Part shown: positions 23,922 through 33,500 of the stretch, piece by piece
Layout of the letters: every line of letters starts with the position of its first letter
How positions within the stretch are numbered: the first letter of the stretch is position 1
Notes under the pieces: generated by a model
Told to the model about the DNA's origin: nothing
Seen by the model: only the letters and a program-made list of their open reading frames with translations
Databases searched by the model: none
Position numbers and translations under genes: made by a program
Origin: Pavona decussata
Taxonomy: Eukaryota
NCBI GenBank assembly: GCA_977016875.1
Contig: CDRNST010000382.1
Location: 1,612,001-1,676,000 of the forward strand
DNA: 64,000 bases
Reading direction: 5' to 3'

Positions 23922-26180
23922 CTGTCAGACCCTTGCTTTCACGATTGGGAAAAGCATCCCGGTTTCAAGCCTAACACAGTTGGTATGAATAAGTTACAGT
24001 GGATAAACATCGATGGTTCTGTTGTTGATGAGGCCCAAGGGATGGCAAACAATTCCCACATCTCTGATGAGGATATCGCCCTCGTGTTACAGGGAAATTC
24101 ATTAGCGGATATGTCTCGCCTTGTTTTCCGCGATCCAGATCACTTCCTAGCAGGGGAACTCCATCGCCATGCACCACAATGGAATGCTTTATTAAATGAT
24201 ATGAACGATGAGCGCTTCTCTGAAGTCCGTGATTGGATTACTAACGGTGTAGACGTAACGAAGTTCTTTAGACCGTTTAAGGGTAGTTACAAGGGAAGGA
24301 ATTACGAGTGTGGTAGTCCACCGCCTTGCGCTTTCCCCAACCACCTGTCGTGCAAACCTTTTGCCTCGTTTATTTCTGATACGCTCCTGGACCGTTTGCG
24401 TTCCGGTGCTATTTCTTTGTGGGGCAAAGTCGGAGAATGCACCCCACCCCACCTTATTATGCCCCTCACTGTCGAGCCTAGCAAGCCGCGTCTCTGCAAC
24501 GACGATAGATTTCTTAATCTGTGGATCGAAGACCGTCCGTTTGCCTTGGATAGCGTCCAACACTTGCCTAAGTATGTCAATAAAGGATTTTACCAAACAG
24601 TGTGCGACGACAAGTCAGGATATGACCACATCAAACTTCACCCCAGCAGTCGAACTTACTTTGGCTTCCAGTGGGGAGGTTGGTATTTTGTGAGTGAATG
24701 TATTCCTTTTGGCTGGAAATCCTCGGCCTATATATATCATACGACTGGTCTAGTTGCGTCACACAGACTTCGTTCATGGAACATTCCCTCTTCATTGTAT
24801 ATTGACGACCGCCATAATGGCCAACTGTCATTTCCAGGTGGCATTTTACCAGCCGCCTATCAAGCCCTCGCCTCAAGGGATGAAGTGAATTTTGCTCTGG
24901 CCGTCGCAGGTATTTTTCTCACGTGCTACATCTTAATTTCCCTCGGCTACTTTATCGGTCTGGCGAAGTCTCACCTTACCCCGAAAAAACAGGTGCCATA
25001 CCTTGGTTTCGGTATCGATTCTGAACTACAGGCGTTTACCTTGTTACCCCATAAAAAAGAAAAGCTTCTTCGTCTCATCAAAGAAACGTTGGCTCGCGAT
25101 AACCTCGACCTACTAACCTTGCAAAGGCTCAGCGGTAAATGCGTGTCCATGAGCTTGGCAGTTCCGGGCGCAAGGCTTTATGTTAATGAAATAAACCTAG
25201 CTGTGTCGCGCGCCACGCGTTCTGCTCGACCTGTAAAGATGTCTGCCGCTCTAAAGAATGAAATTGAGCACTGGCTATTCCTTGAGACCTGGGACGGTTT
25301 TCTTCCCTGGCGGTCTGAGAAACACACACATGTCAGGCTGTTCTCCGACTCATCTCGCTTCGCTTGGGGAGGTGCACTGAGTCCGGGTGCCATTGAGGCG
25401 AACGTTTATGATTACTGGGACGCCTCAACAATACAAGCCGATATCGCCACTAAGGAGACCTTAGCGCTCAATAATGTCCTTGAATCATTCGCTGATACCA
25501 TCAAAAACTCGTGGGTCGACGCCTTCGTCGACAGCATGGCTCTAGTCCGTTCATGGAATCGACAGGGCTCTCGTTCTCAATCGCTTTCTAGCGCCTTGAA
25601 GAAATTATTCAACACAATGACGAAACTCAACATCGATTTGCACCTTACTTTTGTGCCTAGTTCTCAGAACCAAGCCGACTTCCCCTCGCGACGCCTTAGC
25701 CTACAGGATGCCAAATTGTGCCCATCCCTATGGACAGTAGTACAAGAGTGGTATGGCGGCGAAAATGGGCACTCTGTCGATCTAATGGCACGCCCTTCAA
25801 ACGCCCAATCCGACTTGTCAGGTGCCAAGTTACCTTTCTTCTCTGAAAACCCTCTGCCGGGATCCCTGGGAGTGAACGTGTTCGCGCAATCGCCCGATCT
25901 GTACGATCCGTTTGTATTCAAGAACCCATACGCCTTTCCCCCGATCTGCCTAATACCTCATGTTATCAAGTATATGAGAAGCCTGCAATTATCCTACACT
26001 ATCGTAGTACCAGACGTATGCCCAAGGCATTTTTGGTGGCCCTTGTTAACGTCTACATGTTCTTCCCGATACCTGCTGGCCGTTGCCGGAACCGTTGGAG
26101 CGCTCCTCACTCCCTCTAAACACGGGTTTTCAAACAATTGGCCTATCCCATGGGATCTCTGGGTGTTCCGCATCGGATAA
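23922..26180 (+). CDS. Inner Pol: RT, RNase H and Dam-like methyltransferase domain
   Basis: KPRLCND, DDKSGYDH, IPFGW, YIDD; SDSS, KETLA, VDS, NQADFPSR; VDLMA..FFS..NVFAQ..NPYAFPP. The frame is open from the acceptor at 23920-23921. Confidence 0.93.
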   Translation: MSDPCFHDWEKHPGFKPNTVGMNKLQWINIDGSVVDEAQGMANNSHISDEDIALVLQGNSLADMSRLVFRDPDHFLAGELHRHAPQWNALLNDMNDERFSEVRDWITNGVDVTKFFRPFKGSYKGRNYECGSPPPCAFPNHLSCKPFASFISDTLLDRLRSGAISLWGKVGECTPPHLIMPLTVEPSKPRLCNDDRFLNLWIEDRPFALDSVQHLPKYVNKGFYQTVCDDKSGYDHIKLHPSSRTYFGFQWGGWYFVSECIPFGWKSSAYIYHTTGLVASHRLRSWNIPSSLYIDDRHNGQLSFPGGILPAAYQALASRDEVNFALAVAGIFLTCYILISLGYFIGLAKSHLTPKKQVPYLGFGIDSELQAFTLLPHKKEKLLRLIKETLARDNLDLLTLQRLSGKCVSMSLAVPGARLYVNEINLAVSRATRSARPVKMSAALKNEIEHWLFLETWDGFLPWRSEKHTHVRLFSDSSRFAWGGALSPGAIEANVYDYWDASTIQADIATKETLALNNVLESFADTIKNSWVDAFVDSMALVRSWNRQGSRSQSLSSALKKLFNTMTKLNIDLHLTFVPSSQNQADFPSRRLSLQDAKLCPSLWTVVQEWYGGENGHSVDLMARPSNAQSDLSGAKLPFFSENPLPGSLGVNVFAQSPDLYDPFVFKNPYAFPPICLIPHVIKYMRSLQLSYTIVVPDVCPRHFWWPLLTSTCSSRYLLAVAGTVGALLTPSKHGFSNNWPIPWDLWVFRIG

Positions 26181-26424
26181 GCAAGTAGTAGCTCTTGGTT
26201 AGCGCACGAGCCAAACAAAGAACACTTAGCTATCTTTAAATTTGCCAATTCTCCCATTAATTTAGCTCCATCCATTACTTCAGTGAAATCAATGTTGTCA
26301 ATAAATCATTGTTTTCCAGTATACATCTGTTGACAGTTGTTTTATAGCTTCATTTATACATTTATGTCAAAACAAATCTAAAGGATAAAGAAGGAACTGT
26401 TTGTTTTACTTTCATATCCTTTAG

Positions 26425-27759
26425 GACTTACCTCCAGCCGTTCGAGCGTTTGTACCAGCCGTGTCATGTCCTTCGTGCAGCCACCCCAACGACAAGCTGT
26501 TCTTTTTCTGCCAAATGTGCGGCTACAGGAGGAAAACAGTCTCCCCAAGTGTCCCGAGCCCTAAACTCTCAGTCGACCTTCAAGCGATAGATAACCGTTT
26601 GGAACTCCTAAATAATGCCTCCCTTCAATCGTCATACTCAAAACAGAAGTGCTCACTTCGTACGGAGTTTGAAACTTTCTTGGCGTCCCTTCCGAATAGT
26701 AAAACCATCCTTTCGGCAAGCCCCACTGACATCTCTCGGTTCTTGGTCTGGAAAGACCGACATGGCAAAACCATAGTACATAGTAATGGGTGTCCCGATT
26801 CCCACCTTCAAAACGCAGCTAAGTGTAAATGTCCTAAACGCCTGGCATTCAAGACAATCGACTCCTACATTGGAAAACTGCGAGCCATTTTTAAGGAAAC
26901 CGGGCGCTGTGGAGAGTGGAACTCCCTGCTAGGTCTGGGTAACCCCGCCGCTTCACTCGAAGTGCAAAAATATCTTAAGGCGTCAACTGAGGAACAATTA
27001 CGAGCCCGCATCACGCCAAAGCAAGCAGTTCCCCTATTTTTGTCCAAATTGTTGCTTCTGGCCCGTTTTTTAAATCGGAAAATTGCGGAGCGCTCGGTTA
27101 GTCCTTCTGGTCTGTTTGTATTGACGCGGGACCAAGCGTTTTTCAAAACGTTATTCTTTAGCGGTGATCGTGGTTCAGATCTTGGCATGGTGAAAACAGA
27201 AGAGATCCTGCGTTTCCCCCAGGACAATGGGCTGTTGTTCAACCACGTATGGGGAAAAACCCTGAGGGATGGCGTCTCTAACGTCTTCGGGATTCGGAGA
27301 CACCCTAACCCTGAGTTGTGTCCAGTTAAAGCTATTGAGACATATGTAGCCGTGGCTTCCGAGTTGCGCGTTTCTGTGACAAATGGTTACTTGTTTCGAC
27401 CAACTAATCCCCAAGGTCATATTGTGAACAAACCATTTTCAAGTTCTTCAGCAGAAGCTCGTTTAAAGCTGTATTTGAAAGAAGCTAAGATCGATGAGGG
27501 AGAAACGCTACACAGCTTCCGTTCGGGCTCAGCCATAACGTTAGCGTTATCTGGCTCCCAGTTGGCGGACATAATGTCTCATGTAGGATGGAATAACAAA
27601 GAAACTGCTCTCTACTACATGAAACTAGCGGAGGTGCTTCGTTTGGATAGTCCCTCTCATTTGCTATCCGCGGACTCTTCCGCGACAGCCGCCCTAACAG
27701 AGAACTACATGGAGCTTAACCGTCTAAAAAACTTTATATCCGCTTTTCCGCACGTTTAA
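26425..27759 (+). CDS. Inner tyrosine recombinase with N-terminal Zn ribbon and ALOG-like domain
   Basis: CPSC..CQMCG; H..C..CKCPKRLA..DSYIGKLRAIF..GNP; catalytic SGDR, WGKT, HSFR, HVGW, YY. The frame is open from the acceptor at 26423-26424. Confidence 0.93.
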   Translation, partial: DLPPAVRAFVPAVSCPSCSHPNDKLFFFCQMCGYRRKTVSPSVPSPKLSVDLQAIDNRLELLNNASLQSSYSKQKCSLRTEFETFLASLPNSKTILSASPTDISRFLVWKDRHGKTIVHSNGCPDSHLQNAAKCKCPKRLAFKTIDSYIGKLRAIFKETGRCGEWNSLLGLGNPAASLEVQKYLKASTEEQLRARITPKQAVPLFLSKLLLLARFLNRKIAERSVSPSGLFVLTRDQAFFKTLFFSGDRGSDLGMVKTEEILRFPQDNGLLFNHVWGKTLRDGVSNVFGIRRHPNPELCPVKAIETYVAVASELRVSVTNGYLFRPTNPQGHIVNKPFSSSSAEARLKLYLKEAKIDEGETLHSFRSGSAITLALSGSQLADIMSHVGWNNKETALYYMKLAEVLRLDSPSHLLSADSSATAALTENYMELNRLKNFISAFPHV

Positions 27760-27891
27760 TTCTTAACCTTGTTGCATCTCGTTTAAAGCACTTTACGAAT
27801 TTTTAGGATGGGGCACCTTGAGTTTAGGATTCTGAGAACGGGGTTTCCTTATGGTCCAGTGGTTTGGGACTTTAGGACACTCTGTAACATA

Positions 27892-28029
27892 GAGACTGTC
27901 GGTGCCCAATCTCAACATAGCGTGAGAGAGAGAACGTTGAGAATAAAGTACTATTCTCAGCGGTCTCACCTCTCAGGTATAAAAGGAGATGAGACAAAGT
28001 GAACAATGCCATTCTGTCGATCAAGCGAA
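27892..28029 (+). repeat. Internal B1-A2 repeat block (circle-junction copy)
   Basis: B1 matches 28169-28232 (63/64) and A2 matches 21511-21588 (77/78). They overlap at TATT 27952-27955. Confidence 0.93.
27935..27962. other. Putative recombinase core site (11-6-11 inverted repeat)
   Basis: CGTTGAGAATA-AAGTAC-TATTCTCAGCG. The arms are a 10/11 inverted match. Confidence 0.7.
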
Positions 28030-28168
28030 GTGTTGTAGTATAAAATGCAGCACACGGTATCCCTTGCCCTGACGTTCTCTCTTTCACCAGCCATCAAGTT
28101 TCGTCCTGCGTTTGATTTTCCCTACCCAAACCCTCCCCTTTCCTCTTCAGAACATTCATCAACAGGAC

Positions 28169-28232
28169 GAGACTGTCGATGCCCAATCTCAACATAGCGT
28201 GAGAGAGAGAACGTTGAGAATAAAGTACTATT
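28169..28232 (+). repeat. Split direct repeat B2 (64 bp)
   Basis: 63/64 identical to 27892-27955. Confidence 0.93.
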
Positions 28233-28639
28233 TTCATGTCAAATTTCCGCCGGAAGTTCTCCTTCAATTCACCGCTATTCATCTTCTTGAGGCCTTAGCT
28301 ATCGTTATAGCTCTTCGACTCTGGGGTCGTTATTGGCGTGGACTACGGATTATGGTTCACTGTGACAATTTTTCCGTTGTCAGTTCCTTAAACTCCGGTC
28401 GCGTTCAGGATAAATTGTTAGCAGCTTGTTTGCGAGAAATTTGGTTTCTCGCCGCGGTGCATGAGTTCGAAATCCGCGCTTGTCATCTTTCGAGTTCTGA
28501 AAATCGTGAAGCCGATTTACTGAGTCGTTGGCACTTGAACTCTTCCTTTCAGAACGAGTTCTTCTCTACGTATGGCTCACTTGGTCTGCAGCCAGTTTCA
28601 GTTTCTGTGGACATTTTTCAGTTGTCGGATTCTATTTAA
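28233..28639 (+). CDS. Outer RNase H, 3' part
   Basis: SSEQY|FHVKFP joins in frame. IHLLEALAI, HCDN, ENREADLLSR. Confidence 0.9.
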
Positions 28640-28703
28640 TGTTTTTTTTTTTTTTTTCCTTTCACTTCATAATATTTTGTTTTCTTACCTTTTGTTTTTC
28701 TAG

Positions 28704-29692
28704 ATTCATTATTAACAAAGCTACAGAGAGATCTTAAGAAGACGCAACGAGCGGCGTATGCGGACGGCACGCATAAGAACCACAAGACTCAGTGGAGGGC
28801 TTATCTCTACTTCTGTTTTTCCTTCGATCTTGAGCCTCTCCCGGCAACTCTCGATACCATATGTTTGTACTGTCAGTTTCTTAGCCGTTCCATGACTCCC
28901 CAGTCCATTCGTAATTATCTTAGCGGGGTCAAGCTTCTTCATGTTTTCACGGGGTTCGAATTCCCCTTTTATGAGACGCCAGAGTTAAAATTAACTTTAC
29001 GAGGACTCGATCGTATCCTCAAACATGCTCCTTCGCGTGCTCCGCCTGTCACGCCGGAGTTGCTGCGAGAGTTAATCCAGTGTGCTAGTACTTCTCCTCA
29101 TGATTTAGTTTTTTCCTGCGCGTTTCTCTTCGCCTTTTTTCTTTTCGCGCGAATTTCTAATTTGGCGCCAGCATCTGTCAGTTCCTTTGATCCCTCTAAA
29201 CAACTTTGCAGGGGAGACATAGTTGTTACTAGTTTTGGATTGTCGATTTCCTTTAAATGGTCTAAAACAAATCAGACAGGTTCCAAGTTGCTGAAACTTC
29301 CATTATTGTATACTCCAGACCCTAATTTGTGCCCGGTTCGTGCATATCTTCGCATGTGTTCTTGCTTGCCTGCGCCAGCTTCGGTGCCCGCCTTTTTCAC
29401 GGCTTTCCGTGCAGGTTCGTACTTTGTCATCACTAAAACGCAATTTGTTTCGGTTTTTCGTAGCCAGCTGGCCCGCCTCGGTGTTCATAACCCTTCTCGT
29501 TTTAGGGGACACTCCTTTCGTCGAGGGGGAGCTACACGGGCCTTTCAAACAGGGGTCCCGGGTGAACTGATTCAAATTTATGGAGACTGGGCGTCAGACG
29601 CATATAAATGTTACCTTGAATTTTCCGAAGATGCTAAGCTTCGCGTCGCACGGGGGATGGTTGGTGCACTTCCGGAGGCACTTAATTCCTAA
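28704..29692 (+). CDS. Outer tyrosine recombinase
   Basis: AYADGTHKN, SIRNYLSGV, FARISNL, WSKTNQ, HSFRRGGA, GDW..DAYKCY. No ATG at the 5' end. Polypyrimidine tract plus TAG at 28703. Confidence 0.9.
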
Positions 29693-29880
29693 TTCGTTCG
29701 AACAACTGCTTTCCTTTTGGTTTGGCGGTTTTGGCGGTCGAGAGGTTTGTCTGTGGAGTGATTGTGTAGTTTTCCTGTTTTCCGCCTTTCATTTCACTGA
29801 ATAAACCTCTCATGGTGCCAAACCTAAAGAAACGTGTTGGTTCTTTGAGTTGATATTATTGTAATATTAGGAAGGAGAAT

Positions 29881-30427
29881 TATACCGCGAGTGGTCGTTT
29901 GCCTGTCCATATTATCACACTTCATTTCGCAGAAACTACACCCCGACACTCCAAATTCAGAAGTCCCTGAGCACATCACCACGCAAGCGGCTGTGAAGGT
30001 AGTAGAACACATGGATTCGCAAAAAGAGATGTTTGTGGACTTTCTTAAGTCTATCACTGAAGAAATGTGCGAAAAAGGGAAGGCCCAGCCAAATGCCAGT
30101 GACATCAAAATGGCTATTATTTTGTTTTCAGTACCATTGGTGACATACCAAGCTTTAAAAAGGTCCATGCGCTCAGTTACACGTCTTGAGTTTGAAATGT
30201 GCGCGGGAAACCTAAGTCTGTATGGCAATTTCATAAAAGTAAGAGTACCGCGCAGTGCTAAACAAGTAGACATGCTTCTCAAGAAAACCCCAAGCGTCTG
30301 GCCTGATGATGCACTCTGCTCTCAAGAGGACTTTAACGGAGAGAAAAAAAGACCAGTGAATGCTTTAATCACTGTAAGTATATTACAGGCCTTCAGTTAC
30401 GCTGAACATTACAATGCTGATGATTAA
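29881..30427 (+). pseudogene. 3' part of the interrupted P-loop (DUF3987-like) gene
   Basis: IPRVVVCLSIL continues PPKSIKTDI from 18595. Confidence 0.55.
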
Positions 30428-30929
30428 GGTGACTTATGGACGAACAATGATGACTCATGAAAGATGATCGACTCTAAATGAACAAAGGTTCTAAGATATA
30501 GAAATTTGGGATATTTTGATTTTGAACATTGTCTCTTAATAGTAAACGAAAGGATGGCTTCAGCCTCTTTTATATCTTGTTTCAAGTTAGTGTTTCAGAT
30601 AATTATTTATGCATGTTTCATTCAAATTTAGCTGTAATTATTTGATCTCGTTTCTAAAAATATTTCATAGTTTTCAAATGTAACATATCATTTAGAGCTT
30701 TGAATGACAGTTCTTGACTGCAACTAAACATTTTCACGAGAAATGCCAAGAAAAGTTTCATAGTTTTAATTAAAAACAGCTTTCAAAATAGTATTTATTT
30801 TGGGCGTGCACACTATCCCATGAGAAGCCGAAGATAACAATCCTTTGCTTCTGATTGGATAATTGATCAAAACCTTTGGTTTCTCACTGTAACTCACTAC
30901 GCATGCCCAATATCAACAACATGGAAAGA

Positions 30930-31850
30930 GCCAACAAATACACCGATGTAAGACTAAATAAGCATATCCTTTAGACCTCGTTCTTTACATCCACTGCTGA
31001 ACCAAACAAGCCACCAAATATACAGATGTAAGATGCAACGCGCATATTCTTTATCTCTTGTTATTTACATCCACTGCCAAGCCAACGAGCCAAACAAGCC
31101 ACCAAATATAGGACCTAAGATGTAACGTGCGTATCCTTTTTATCTTTTTGCACCAAATATACAGATGTTATACTTAACAGGAATATTCTTTATATCTCGT
31201 TCTTTACATCCACTGCTGAGCCAAACGAGCCACCAAAATATACGGACCTTAGACTTAACACGCATATGCTTTATATTTTGTTCTTTACATCCACTGCCGA
31301 ACCAAACGAGCCACCAAATACACTTGATGACAAAAACATTGACACCTAAAAAGCATAAACCGTGAATGATGAGACCCGATGGCTTTATGGGTATAAGTGC
31401 ACTAAATCTATTTGCAAAATATTTTATTCTTGTGCGACAGTTAATAACCAAAATTAGTTGCACATGGTGAATGATGGAAACTGTCCAAACTTTCTTTAAA
31501 CTGTCCAAGTTGGCCAACAAGGGCCAATTTGAGTGATATACAATTCGCAATTTGCCTAACTCAAATCAGTCAATGAACTTCAGCAATATCTGGTAGAAAA
31601 TTATTCGGAAGAATTAAGTCAGCACTGTATTTTTTATTGTAAAGAATTAGAAAAGTAAATTATTAATTATGGAAATGAGGTTATTCTTTAAAGACTACCC
31701 ACAAATAAGTTAGGTCTCATCGTTCACAGTTTATGCTTTTTAGGTGTCAACGTTTTTGCTATTGAGTGTACACGGACCTAGGACTTAATGCACATATCCT
31801 TTATATCTCGTTCTTTACATCCACTGCCGAGCCAAAAGAGCCCAAATATA
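30930..31850. repeat. About 80-bp minisatellite (core TTTACATCCACTGC..CCAAAC..GCCACCAAATA) interrupted by a MITE
   Basis: Core at about 30984, 31064, 31203, 31284 and 31814. Confidence 0.8.
31321..31768. mobile_element. MITE with about 57-bp TIRs and TA duplication (Tc1/mariner-type)
   Basis: CACTTGATGACAAAAACATTGACACCTAAAAAGCATAAAC..GAGACC is inverted at 31712-31768. TA on both sides. Confidence 0.85.
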
Positions 31851-32259
31851 ATCGTTTTCAAAAGTGGCCCTGCATTGTGTAGTTGCTCCCACATTTGTAC
31901 TAAAGGATTCCCTTGTTTGCTTTGCTGATGGTGGGGAAGGGGAATAGGAGTTGTATGTACGCAGATATTTTCATTTCATGAATTTCACAACTTTCTGCTA
32001 TTTAATTTTTGTTTGGAAAATTTTCCTTTTTACCCATGACATTTACCCATACCCACAACCCACCACATTTAGCTGCACCTCTCCAAGGTATGCCCTGCGG
32101 GCAGCATCTACCTATTAGGGCATTAACTCGTGTACAGAATGCCTAAGGTTCGGCCCCATAAAGCAGGATGTAAATACCTATATGCTAGCAACCAATGAGA
32201 AAACCTTCTTTTGCTGAAGCAAAAACAAAAAGTCTTAGTCCGTAAGTCTTAGTCTTACA

Positions 32260-32441
32260 GTCCTAACATATCTTGGAGGAGACCTCTCAGTATAAGCCCG
32301 GGGGTTTCTTGAGGTCTCCTCGCCACTTCTTACTTCTTTTTTTTTACTATTATTATTCACTCTAAACTTATGTAAGATCCTAGTGTATTATTCACTGTAA
32401 CTTTCTATGATTGTAAGTTGTGGTGAATAAATAAATAAATT
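32260..32441 (+). mobile_element. LINE 3' tail fragment
   Basis: Stem-like GGAGAGACCTC..GAGGTCTCC followed by an (AATA)n tail. Confidence 0.4.
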
Positions 32442-33500
32442 TAAAGAAACCAAAAACTAATGAACACACCTGGTTTATAACATGTTATTTAGATTCTAAA
32501 TGTTTTCCTTTATATTTTGGGAATGCTTGGTAACTATCACTGACCTTTCACTTCAATAAGAGAGAGCTTGAATGATTGTAATATTTTTCTTCTTATTCAG
32601 TGTAAACCAATCTTAGTTATATCTCACTCTTTATGCACCATAGAAATAAGTGATACACTACTTTTTAGTTAGCAAACTGAAATCATTCTAATTTAAACAA
32701 TTTATCTGGATTCAATGAGCATTTTGAATCGGGAGAGTTGAAAAAACTGACCAATTAAGGAAATTGAATGGATCCTCGACCCCATCTTCCAGATTTCTAG
32801 TGATGAAGATGGCACCCAAGAAAACAGGTAAACATGTTTTGCAAATTGATGTAAATATTAAGTGCAAGCCGAAATAGCTAAAATGTGATGCCATGCACTG
32901 GTCCCTCTGGGTATCGGAGGTGGGTCTGTTTCAGTCTGTAACATTTAACCAGGGGTAGATCCAGAATTTTATGAAAAGAAGGGGGCAGGGGTGGGGGGAG
33001 GAAGCAAGCTACACCAGAAATGTTAAAAAATTGACATTGCAAAAACAATATATTTATTGCACTTTCAATTTCTCGTAGAGTGGTAGAAGGCCAGGTTGAT
33101 GATAGTTCGGATCATGACGCCAGTTATGCTACTTGTATTGGCAGGATGGAAATGAATGAAAAAGGTTGCCTTACTTTGCATTTCTACGACCAATTCAGCT
33201 GGGAAAGAGAGAAGGTTCTGAGGGGTAACAGTGTCGACTTCAATAAAATGTGCCACAAAAAGCATTTTTACCCAAACTTTGATTGAACAAAAGCGTTTGG
33301 TTAACAAGGGTTTTGTTTTCAATTTAACTTGTGCCCTTGGCAGTTTTAAGCCTGATGGGGAGGGGGGTGGGCATTTGTGGGTAATTTGAACTGTCAAGTC
33401 GTCCCCACTCCCCTTGGGGATTTGACTGCTAGCCTGGGCCCCACACTGGGGATGTTTGATTGTTTCTTCTGAGGAGGACTGAGACTGAATCTTGTGTGGC

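Larger units (their letters stand above)
21511..28232 (+). mobile_element. Inner DIRS-order YR retrotransposon with split direct repeats and ALOG-type recombinase, apparently intact
   Basis: A1 21511-21588, B1 27892-27955, A2 27952-28029, B2 28169-28232, with one mismatch per pair. Gag, RT-RH-MT and YR ORFs are open. TATT is shared at both host junctions. Confidence 0.95.
18596..29878 (+). mobile_element. Outer tyrosine-recombinase retrotransposon (Ngaro-like: gag, RT/RNase H, YR, no methyltransferase)
   Basis: The host frame KTD-I-IPRV is restored by joining 18595 to 29881, with AT shared at both junctions. Contains gag, RT (YLDD), RNase H and YR. Confidence 0.88.

Noticed and set aside
28095-28175. 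Hammerhead ribozyme on the minus strand (CTGAAGA...GGACGAAAC)
   Set aside because: Stem II cannot form between the two core motifs. The plus-strand stem explains the complementarity better.
28112-28232. N-terminus of ORF 28112-28639
   Set aside because: It is inner-element terminal sequence that happens to be in frame with the outer RNase H.
18596-29878. Bacterial or phage contamination (integrase, RT, Dam-like domain)
   Set aside because: Gag knuckles, spliceosomal signals, split repeats and precise junctions with animal TE-rich DNA identify DIRS-order retrotransposons.
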